Shown: positions 13,011 to 23,125 of the stretch, in pieces | Numbering within the stretch: position 1 is the stretch's first letter | Layout: every line of letters begins with the position of its first letter | Assembly (NCBI GenBank): GCA_973895155.1 | Contig: OZ316897.1 | Span: 22,543,455 to 22,607,454 of the forward strand | DNA from: Marsupella aquatica | Taxonomy: Eukaryota; Plantae; Marchantiophyta | Direction of reading: 5' to 3' | DNA: 64,000 bases | Program-made: the position numbers and the translations under genes | Notes under the pieces: model-generated | Told to the model about the DNA's origin: nothing | The model's database searches: none | The model's input: only the letters and a program-made list of their open reading frames with translations

Positions 13011-13510
13011 GAAGGGAAGAAGAGGATTGAAATTAGTGGAAAAGAAGATGGAGAGTGGTCGCCGGATGCGCTTAGCAATGAAGTAGACGAGTTCATCCAT
13101 TTTATCAGCTGACAATACGAGCTTGGACATGGCGATGGACATGCAATGCGCAGATACTTTAAGGGAGTTAAGACTCCCTTTTGGGGGACGACGCTTGAAG
13201 AAACAAAAGTTATCCAATTTGGAATCTTCAGAGCAGAAGCTCGATTTTGAGGATTGTTTTAAGAAAGACTTCGTTAAGCCGTGGAATGCTATTCCGCCGG
13301 ACTCCTCTGCAATGGTGGACGTTGATTCAAGTTTTCATGGGACTGAAAAAGAGACACTGTCGGCATCAGATTTGAAAGCCATAAACTCGAGAACAAAGTC
13401 TGCTTCTTCACAAGTTCCAAAGGTGCAATTTGTATAATTTTAGTGAAGCTTTAGGCGGTTTCAACTTTTCTCGAACGAATAGGTTGCTAAATTAAACTTT
13501 GATTTTGCAG

Positions 13511-14198
13511 ATAATGCCTCTTACATTATCTGAAAGTAGCGAGAGGTTGATAGACAATTGCCTCAGTCTATCCTTGGATGATAGAGAGGTTTTGACCACT
13601 ATCGATGACATCGACATCACTTGTAACGTTATGAAATCTCTCCGTCCGCGATACTGGCTGGCTTCGGATATTATTAATGGATACTTCATTTTACTAAAGA
13701 AAACAGAGATATCTTCAAGATGTCATTTTTTTCAACACATGGTTTTATGGTGAACTCACCAAGAACGGATATTGTTATAGTCCGTGCATATCAAGATGGT
13801 CCTCAAGACTAGGATATAGCTTGTTCGACTATGAGAAAGTTTTTGTACCAATTCTTCAAAATTCTCATTGGAGTCTTGCTGTCATTGACTTCAAGAAAAA
13901 TAGTTTAAAATATTTAGACTCCTTTCATAATGCAGATTCTAAAGTCCTAGACAATTTGTGGCGGTATATTTTAGACGAAGCGAAAGATAAAGGATTAGCT
14001 TCTTCTGATATTAATGGTTGGAGCCAATCCTTTCCAAAAGATATTCCGAAACAGGAGGATTCCTATAATTGCGAAATGTTTGTAATTATGTTTGGATATT
14101 GTGAAAGTTTAGGAAAACCATATTTGTTTCATTGGAGTAGTCGAAGTGAAAGTAGACGTGAAGTAGTTCTCCAATTAATGCGTAAAAATATTAGTTAG
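13511..14198 (+). pseudogene. Ulp1/SENP-family (peptidase C48) SUMO protease domain, frameshifted
   Basis: LRPRYWLASDIINGY, then CHFF with a frameshift at ~13730, VFVPILQNSHWSLAVID (catalytic His), YLDS and IPKQEDSYNC (oxyanion Gln, catalytic Cys). Confidence 0.85.
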
Positions 14199-14328
14199 GC
14201 TATTATGGTCACACTTCATTTTATAATACATTCCCAAGTGAAATGTTTAATGAAATTGACATCATAAATATGGGTTGTTACACAATTATGTGAGTAATAT
14301 TTTGATGTTTTGTTTTATTTGGTACAGG

Positions 14329-14898
14329 TGGTGAAATATTTTAAAGGTACAAGATTGCTTGTACTTGATATGGATGCATTAATTTCTTTATTATCCTTGT
14401 GAGGTATCATCAAAGAGCAACAAGTCGAGATTCATCGCGGTGGACAATGTTACAATATGTACAAGACCATTTTTCCACCAGTTTATGAAATTTTGTTTTG
14501 AGAATTTTAGTGTAGGAATATGGTCACGGATGTCAATAAAAATACTGACAAAATACCTGGCAGTATTACTAAGCGACAGTGAAAGGAGTACCCTCAGGTT
14601 TTCCTTTGGGAAAGAAAAATTATCGAGAATCGGTCTCGATGCGAACCAAGACTTTGTTTATTTGAAACTACTTGAAACTGTGTACCTTAAGATGCCACAT
14701 ATAATTAGAGAAAACGTGACACTTTTAGATTTGCCAGATAATACATTTTGCAACTCTTTTTGGTCATCTTTATATCCTTCTCCATATCATGGAGATGAAG
14801 ATGATAGATTTTTGAGAACTCAACTTATTCCTTATCTTTCTCAATTTTACGAGTTTGAGAATTCGTTTCATTATATTGAAGACTATTATCCGGATTGA
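14329..14898 (+). pseudogene. FCP1/NIF-like HAD phosphatase domain (decayed)
   Basis: After the acceptor TACAG, RLLVLDMDAL gives the HAD motif I DxD (~14352-14381). It is followed by RPFFHQFMKFCFENFSVGIWS and YLKLL...ENVTLLD...NTFCN. Confidence 0.7.
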
Positions 14899-15802
14899 TC
14901 CCTACAGTCTTTACATGTAGCTTGGGAGACAAATAAGAAGAAATGGAAATCTTGTCCGGTATTTCAAATGAAGGGAAATGTACATCATGTCACAAAATTT
15001 AGAGCCCATACTTAGTTACAAGTAGAAAGTAGCTTACTTTATAGAGGAGTGGATTTTAGCTCGCTCTTAGATGCACAATGTACTATTTGATTAAAATAAA
15101 ATAATATTTTGACTATTTTTGTAATTCTATTCTCAAATCTATGTTCGTTTCAATTCTGTCTTTTCAGTATCTGTGTTAGTAAATTGGTTATTATATTTGT
15201 TGCACCAAATTGAATGTGTGCGCAAAGAAAGTAACATTTAAACATGAGTGTGATAAAAGAGGTTGCATTGGTCATTTAAGCGACAAGTTCACTAATTGCC
15301 GGGCACGTAAACACAAAACAACCAATTGAGGTATATTCCCTAATTATCCCTCGGACTTCCTCAGATCCTTCCCAAACTCCCGAAGAGTTCCCGACCCTCC
15401 CCCGATCTTGGCCCAGACCCGGCCCAGACTGCTCCCAAATCCATTCCAGCGAGGACAACTCCCCAATAAGGTTGCTTGCTTAGCGTTTATGAGGGCGTTT
15501 TTTGCACAATTTCATGCCTGGGCAAGGTCCAACTAGGATTCAATATCTTTAATTAGCACGAATTTGACTAAATCTTATGCCCAGAAATGATATTTGGAAG
15601 CTTTTCGGGACTGCTACCAAAAGACTGAAATGAAAGTTAAGTAAATTGTTGTTTATAATTATGTAGTTTGCTAAGTATGAAGAACCAAAAACACACTTAA
15701 AGGTCTTCAAACTCGGTATTCGTTCCCATAAAGAACAAGATGGGGTTGGTTTGATAGATTTAAACAATAATAAAGAACTAAAAATGTTTTCCACACATAG
15801 TA

Positions 15803-16466
15803 CCTTGGGCCCCCAGCCTTTGTAAACTAAAGAGGTATACGTGCGTACACCCCCTCCTTAGTACCCCTTATTATTTTTGGAAGCCTATACAAATTTCTCT
15901 TGTTATTCTTAAAAACTTAATTTTGGAGAATAAATCTGCCCCTTTGAGATATTATAATTTCACATTTTACACCATTTATGAAAGCCTTGAAAAGTTATAA
16001 ATTCATCATTTGCAAACGGTTCTAAAACTGACGGGAGTGTTTTGGAAGGGTTTTGGGTACATACATTTTTGTGTTCGTGACCCTTTAACCCCAAACTTCA
16101 ACTTTGGGGCATTTTTGAACCACAGGGCAGGGTAGTCAGGGTTCAAAAACTCCAAAGTCCTAAACTACTCTGAATCATAGATGTTGCAAGCATAATTATA
16201 TGTCATATACACATGTTCCAATAAAGGGTGGCCACAAGGACCAATCCTATTGTGACACATGTCACATCCATATTACATCACCTCTTGAAGCATATTAACT
16301 TGGGCAACATTTATATAAGCCTATATTAGTTAGAAAGGGTTCTTTGAATAAAACCATCCCTTGATATTTCTAAGCCAATTATAAAAATTAATCTCAAATC
16401 AGATTTTTTGCATCCTTCATCCGTTCGCACGTCCAGCCCATTATTAATAATGCTGGGGGCCCAGGG
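15803..16466. mobile_element. MITE with CC(C/T)TGGGCCCCCAGC TIRs and 8-bp TSD
   Basis: TIRs at 15803-15817 and 16452-16466. The perfect TSD ACATAGTA is at 15795-15802 and 16467-16474. Confidence 0.9.
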
Positions 16467-17229
16467 ACATAGTAATCAAGTTTGATTACTTTAATAAGGT
16501 ATTTTGAAGATCGCTCCACAACGGTGAGTAGTTTTTAATATAACTCAGCATCAGGTAACCATAAATTAATGAAAAGAGAATGATTAACAAAACACAAGAT
16601 AAAATAATCTCAAAGTATGCTAAGGGAGTCTGGAATAGACCAAGGTTACTCCTTAGACATAAGTCAAAATGAAAAGACTTAAGGAATCAAATCCATATTG
16701 CTTTTCAGATCTAAACTGCTTACTAGAGTACCTTTTAAAATGCCGTCAACATGTCTTATCCTTTCTTTCTAAGTGGTACTCAGATAAGATCTAAAAGGTA
16801 GCTACTTCAACATTTAGATGGTACTAAGCAACACGAAAGAAAATCCATCAATTTCAATGAGACTTAAACTCAATGAGTTAACTTTAAGAACTCAAGAGAT
16901 TGCAATGAGTCACCAACAAGGAATCTGTCATTACAACTCAAAAGATTTGCACAAAAGGAATTTTACTTCCTGTGTTTATAATCATAGGTAAAAACACAAG
17001 AAGGAGGCAAGTTTCTCCAAACTCGAACTCATAGATTCATGATCAACTAGTTTAACACAAAGAAGAGGCAAAAAGGCATAACTTAACCATCAACTACACT
17101 AGTGGTGGAGGGGTCTTATAGTAAAAATCTACAGAGTAAGAGGTCATAAAGTCGAAGAGACATGCCTCTTCATACTCCTCAAAAAGTTAAAATGACGATT
17201 CAGTAAGTGAAAAGCCGAAAATCTGGCTA

Positions 17230-18100
17230 AGTCTGAACTCGTAAACTAGTAAAAGTTGTGAACTAGTAAACTCTTAAACTCGTAAAAGTCTAACTAAGTC
17301 GTAACTCGTAATTGCAACAAAAGTAAAAACTTGGCAAATTCAACTATTTTTAACTTCTTAACTATAAGTCAGAAAAGTCTGAGATTTTTCCAACAGATTT
17401 TCCTAGGTACAGACTAGATACTGAAGAAGTATGAGAGCTTCCAAAGCTCTAGAACGCATTTCTAAAAATCAGATAAGATACACTACTCTTAAAACTAACT
17501 AAATCACTTAAGACTACTCTTCAAGCTTGCTGCCGGATGTCTTTTGGTTCGAGTAACTCCACAAGGGTAACAGTCTGATTTTGTGTAGCTTTGATTAGCT
17601 CAGCTTGGCGTGGGGATCCTCCAGAATAGGGTAGGCATCTCAGTTGCCTTTCAGGATACATCAGGGGCATTCTCTTCCTTAGATAACATATGTCTATTCG
17701 AAGAGCTTCCCTATAAATTCCAATCACGTCATAATTATTGCAAGTAGCAGCATATACTTGGATAATGGTATAGGAATTCATCAGAGTTCAGCATCCTGGA
17801 ATAGAAAGGGTGAAGCCTCCATTTGACATCTCTGAAATATCGGTTGAAGCTGGCCAGAGTTTGAGAGGTAAGGTGGACGAGAAGTCAGTAATGAGCGCTT
17901 ATGTCCTGCATTCCTTCCCTTCCAAGGCGCGCTCTTCTTCTGTTGTGGAGTCCCGTTGAACTAGCCGTAAGATGTCACGATCACAGGGTCGCCAAATTGT
18001 AAAGCGTAACTCGTAACTCTTAAGTCCTAACTCGTAAACTCGTAAAGTCATAAACTCGTAAACTCGTAAAGGGAGTTTACTCGTAACTTAGGAACTTAGT
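17230..18100 (+). repeat. AACTCGTAA-type short repeat clusters inside the LTR-like element
   Basis: Clusters at ~17235-17315 and ~18005-18090. Confidence 0.7.
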
Positions 18101-18776
18101 AACTTTGAATGCTGTTTCAGTTACAGTTAGCAATAATTGCAATCTAAACACCGTAAAAAATTTAAAAATTTTCAGTTTCTTCATGCTTTTGGAATTACCC
18201 ACTACTTACAAATTATATTAAATTAAACATTAATATTAATATAATATATAAATGCATTTGGGAATTTCTGGAAATAAAACATTACACTATTGTTTAAATT
18301 AGTGTTCCTAACATTCTAAGACTAGACTATGAACCACTAACCTAACTAACAAAATGAAGCTACACACCCAAGACATTTAGATTTCATCGTGAGAACAATC
18401 ACCATACCCCACACCTTCATATTCAGCTATGGAGACTCGCTTCCTTGAATTACCACGCCTACATCCGTACCGGCGTCTTGCAGAGCCTCCATGCTCCATC
18501 TTGCTTGTCAAGAAGATGGTATGCTTGAAGAGCTGAATCCTCTCTTCCCCAGTTTCTCCTTTGTGGCCTTGACATGCAGTGACTACCTCAACTATGTCTG
18601 CCTTGGTTGTGCAATCTTCAAGCTGAAATACCTTTATCCTTACTCCTAACGCCATGATTGCCTTTATTCTTGCCAGCTTGTTGATTGTTATGCAATATCA
18701 ATAGCTACTCCTTGCATACAACAGCCTAGTTAATCAGATTATAGGATATTAAGGACCATGTCATTGGCGTCACAGC

Positions 18777-19473
18777 TAGTCTAAGTCCTTAGTGCGTGTC
18801 CCCAACTTGGCGCCTTGCCTTTGCCAGTGCCACGTCCCATTGCCCACAAGTCTCCCCATGCTAAGTCTTCCCCGAATGGCCTATCTGGGCCTGGACCATA
18901 AGGGAGCTTGGCGTTGGAGTCAGCGATGCCAGAGCTAAGTGTTAAGTTAGTCGAGTTCCGCGTGCGACTGCGCGCCACCAACTGACAATGCTCATAACTA
19001 TCTAGTTCTAACGCGTCCGTAAGCGGAGTGCCTTATCCCGTTGTGATTGTGTCAACCCAGTGCTCATGCCTAGGTCCTCAGATCCCATTGTTGCCTGGGA
19101 TCCCCGATCGGCCAAACCTAGATCAAGCCATAACTCGTGCCCCAATCGTCCGTTGCCCTTGGAGTAAACTTCATTGTCCTTGAGCCCAAGAGGAGCTCTC
19201 ACTCAAGCCCTTAGAACTCAAAGTCCGTCTCGGGGGCCGGACGGTCAACCTTGCGCCTGACCCTTTCCCCTTGACCCGACCAGCCCTCAAGTAGTCTAAG
19301 TCCTTAGTGTGTGTCACCAGCTCAGCGTCTTGCCTTTGCCACGCCCCATTGCCCACAAGTCTCCCCGGCCATGCTAAGTCCTCCCCGGATGGCCGTTCCG
19401 GGCCTGGACCATAGGGGAGCTCGGCGTTGGAGTCAGCGATGCTGGAGCTAAGTGTTAAGGTAGTCAAGTTCTG
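18777..19473 (+). repeat. ~185-bp direct repeat pair (18777-18960 and 19292-19473)
   Basis: TAGTCTAAGTCCTTAGTG...GAGCTAAGTGTTAAG occurs twice with scattered substitutions. Confidence 0.85.
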
Positions 19474-20319
19474 TGACTCAATTGTTCCAGGAATTGTTCC
19501 AGAATTGACGATAGGGACTTCCAAAACCGGGGAAGCGGAAGCGGACCCTTTGGATTAGACTAGTTCAATGGAGGGACTCTTAGCGTACGTTTGAGATTAC
19601 TAGGGCTTAAGTAGGGTGATATTTTGTAAAATTTTGAGTTTGACTTAAACTCTGATCGATAAGTTTATTTTTGACCACTTTTATAAAGTGCATATTTCAA
19701 GGTTTATACAATTGTGAGAATATTATATTAGATATATGCTTAGATTTTGGTATAAAATTCTCTTGAGTCTATATAGTTTGAAAAATACATACCATTTTTT
19801 GGTAGTTTTATGGAACACTTGTTTGGATATCATGAAAATTTTGAAAAGAGAAAATAATGAGGCTTTGGACTCATCCCTTAAGGCTTCTTGTTATTTCTTT
19901 GCCTTCAGTTGTTTTGATATGTATAGTGAAATGCACTGCATTAGGTTAGTGTGTAAGATGGTGAAAAAGGCAAGCCAGGAAGAAATTAAAAAACACTTAG
20001 GATTTTCCATGGAAGTTCCATGGTAGTAGGCTTGATCACGTCTGAGTTGTTTTTGTTCTAGTGATTGCCCATATTAAACACAATTTTGGACCGACCGAGA
20101 AGTGTGACACACTTCTCATTTAGCTTGATTCCATTTTTCTAAGGAATTGCAATCTCCGATAAAACAACCATAAAATCAAATAAACATCAGTGCCTATGTT
20201 GCATTGTCGTGGGAATGCAGGGAGCGATAAGTGCATTGGGTTTTACATTTGGAACTTAAAAAAGTCCAAACTGCAAGTATCTTGGTCTCAACCACATAAT
20301 CAAGGGTCAACCACACACT

Positions 20320-20392
20320 AACCCGGGTTAGTGCAAACTTAAAACCATGGTTAACAGGGACAAGTAACCATGGTTAGCATTCCCTATATAAA
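20320..20392 (+). promoter_or_regulatory. Promoter with AACC-NN-GGTT palindromes and a TATA box
   Basis: AACCCGGGTT at ~20320, AACCATGGTT at ~20343 and ~20367, then TATATAAA at 20385-20392. Confidence 0.4.
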
Positions 20393-21596
20393 GAGGAGCG
20401 GGCTGCCCATAAAAGGTTTATTTTTGCTAGAGCCTCTCTCAGAATGAATACTTCTCCTATCAAGTTTTACATTCCTCCCAAGAGATTTGATTCTTTCTCT
20501 AGAAAACCCGATAAATTTATCATCTATGTAAGGTTTACTTGTCATTCGGTGTCAATGTCTTGATCCAAGCGGACTGCGATAAATTTATTGCATTTTGCAT
20601 TCCTCTACTGCATTGAATATGTTTGAAGAACATTTGATAAAATTATCGAAGTGCGCATTCCTAGACTGGATTCAGGGTTTTTTTAAAGTCCAATAAATTT
20701 ATCAGAGTCTTCGATCATTCCTATGATGGATTGATGATTATTTGAGACTCCGCTAAATTTATTGGAGGCTTCATTCCTCTGATGGATTGAAGATGATTTT
20801 TAGAGAACATCTGATAAAATTATTGGAGAGTGCATTTCCACGCTGGATTCAAGGTTAAGGGTCCTCACAAAGTCTTCATTATGTAAATTTATTGGAGTCT
20901 TCATTCTAATCCAAAGTTTGATTTTGTGATAGAGTTGAGCCATTCTAGGTGAATGCAAAGTGCGATAACTTATCACACCCTCATGACTAGTATTGTTCTT
21001 GAGTGTTGTTTTGTAACTCATCTTACTCTGTGATGTTGCAGTGGTGCAGGGTTTTGAAAGGAAAATGCAAGGTCAATTGCACTTGGTAGATCAAAGGTAT
21101 AGTGACAAATGGTTGTCAAAACTCAAAATGGGGTCAAACAAGTGTGTTGGTTGTACAAAAAACTAGTGCACTATAAAGTTCTCCCCCTTGGTGTAGGAGC
21201 GTTATGGATGGGTGACACCCCGGGTGACACTAATCTCAGAGAGGTAGAATCCTCTACAGATTGAGTTATGTGGAATGAATGGTGTAAGAGTTCCAATTCG
21301 TTCGAGGTTGATGTTATTGGCGTGCCTCCATTCTTTGGAGTTTTCTTGTAACTATTGTTGTCGTTGTCTTGACAACAAGTACCATAAATTGGCATGTACT
21401 TAATATATATGTTGTCAGATTTGGGACAAGGATCCTTGGGTCAACCTTTCACGTTGAGGCGCATTTTGTAAGCTAGGACACATTTAAGTAAACATTACCT
21501 TTTTACACGACCCATGTGCAACAAATAGAATACGGTCTGAGTCCTAATCTTTAAACCCGCCACTATTGGTACTGTGGATATCTTTGGTTACACCCA

Positions 21597-23125
21597 GTGA
21601 TTGAAGGTACTTTAGTATGTTGGTGTCTTTGGCAACTCTGCTTAATGGCTGCATTGGAGAACCTGATCGTTGCCAAGATAGAATCCGTATTAGCGGAGGA
21701 GCAGAGAAAATATATTCAAGGAAAAGTGTTTGTTGTGGAATGCGGAAGCCTTTTGGATGGACTTCCTGATCAACTCGTTGAATCTCTCATTTGGCCTCCC
21801 TTGACATTTTCTTGCACAAAAGACAAACACCTTGACCTTCACCTAAAACTTTCACCTGAAGAACATTCAATTGGCTTGAATAAGAACAATCATTTGTCTC
21901 AAAACCATCTTTTATTGGTACACAATTTTGGGCTTTACTGAAATACGTAGTTTGTAAAATTAATGGAATAAATGAATTGCTTGCAAGCATTCTTAATGCC
22001 AACCTTCTCTCAAATCTACTATTTCTAGGGTCTTTTGAAAGGAAACTCTTATGTTGAACCCTCCAAATCGATATGCTTGGGTGCTTTTCAAATGACCAAA
22101 TAACGATGTTTCGTAGAGTTTGGCTCAATTTTGGAGAAAGCGAGAGGAGGACACTTCTTGCATGGGATGGACAAAAATAGGGAGATTCATTTAGTAGTTA
22201 ACAAGTTTGAGTGGGAGGATGAGAGATTGCAGTGAACATCCAATAAAATTATTGCATTCCGTATCCTTCTGTCCTATTTTGTAGTCGATTGTTTTGAGTG
22301 GACGGTTTGCTTTAGAAGAGCTTGTAAAGAAACATTTTGAAAGTGAATGACACTGAATTGCTTCAACGGACTTTGGGTTATGTGCTCTAGAGTGTATTTT
22401 CATGCGCAACTACGAACGATTGGCTGACTATAAGTGCATTGGCTTTACAACCAGTTATACTGTAAAGTTAGAATAAACTTGTAAAAGTGACATGAGATAA
22501 TGTTTGCCAAAATTCATTCCTGATTTTTGTTCATTGATCAGGCCATGCTCAAGCGATGCATATTTGTACCCTTTGTGGATCCTCCAGAAGGACAATCATG
22601 TATTCCGGAAGTAAACAAAAAAAGCCATGGAAATTGGAGACTTCAAGGATCTAGAGGTGAATACTAAATATGCAATGATATGTGTAGCAGCCCATTAGGA
22701 TCCAAAGGGGAGACCATTCTGGATGACAAAAGTCATTGAGATTCTCACAAAAATTAACGACATCCCTAAGCGAATCAAAATTACCTATTACGCAATGGAT
22801 TTGGAAGAGGAGTCTGCAATTGAAGGCAAATACCCTGGGCCCTCAGTCTTAACTAATACGTAGAGGACGTGCAAACGCTCGAAGGATAATTTTTATTCAT
22901 TTTACCGGTAATAAGGGAACTTTTAATAGTAAAATGGAAATAACAAGGGGTAAGCAGGAAAAGGGCCCGATTGCAGGGGTCCACTTCTTTTACACAGAGT
23001 GAGGGCCCAGGGGGAAAATATTATCCGGAGAATGAGGCTTCATCAAACAAAGTACTCAAAGATGAACTGTCCCTAGCAAAAACTGCAATTTATGCGTATA
23101 ACTTTGTCTTATTGGCAAATAATTA
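21597..23125 (+). pseudogene. Second F-box-like pseudogene plus a downstream beta-rich domain fragment
   Basis: LLDGLPDQLVESLIWPPL resembles the motif in ORF 7018. The later segment reads ...PFWMTKVIEIL...KITYYAMD...EGKY|YPE... and is interrupted by a MITE. Many stops. Confidence 0.4.
22833..23012. mobile_element. 180-bp MITE with CCCTGGGCCCTCA TIRs and 8-bp TSD
   Basis: Perfect 13-bp TIRs at 22833-22845 and 23000-23012. The TSD is GGCAAATA (22825-22832) / GGAAAATA (23013-23020), and removing the element restores the reading frame EGKYYPE. Confidence 0.85.

Larger units (their letters stand above)
7717..14198 (+). pseudogene. Large multi-exon TE-associated pseudogene: ParB/Srx-like, degenerate DNA N6/N4-methyltransferase-like, acidic/EKR repeat and Ulp1 (C48) protease segments
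   Basis: Collinear ORF fragments are linked by single stops, frameshifts and GT-AG introns (e.g. AAG|GTATG ~8972 to TTGCAG ~9099; AAG|GTGC ~13422 to TTGCAG 13510). Joining them into one gene is an inference. Confidence 0.55.
15662..18774 (+). mobile_element. Solo-LTR-like element related to 3217-5524, opposite orientation, carrying a MITE insertion
   Basis: The reverse complement of its end (TGTGACGCCAATGACATGGTCCTTA) matches 3217 onward (TGTGACGCCGGTGACATGGTCCTTA). It also shares GGCAAGAATAA(A/G)GGCAATCAT (18654-18674 vs 3314-3334) and has CCCTATAAAT at 17709, an equivalent position. The left boundary is approximate. Confidence 0.55.

Noticed and set aside
12051-13217. 388-aa Phe/Leu/Ser-rich minus-strand ORF and overlapping ORFs
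   Set aside because: Antisense shadow of the purine-rich EKR repeat.
15821-15870. TGTAAA...GGTATACG as the left end of the second LTR-like element
   Set aside because: It lies inside the MITE defined by the ACATAGTA TSD.
3217-18774. Single 15.5-kb element with terminal inverted repeats
   Set aside because: Patchy homology extends along ~2.3 kb and each copy has its own TG...CA ends. Two related insertions explain this better.
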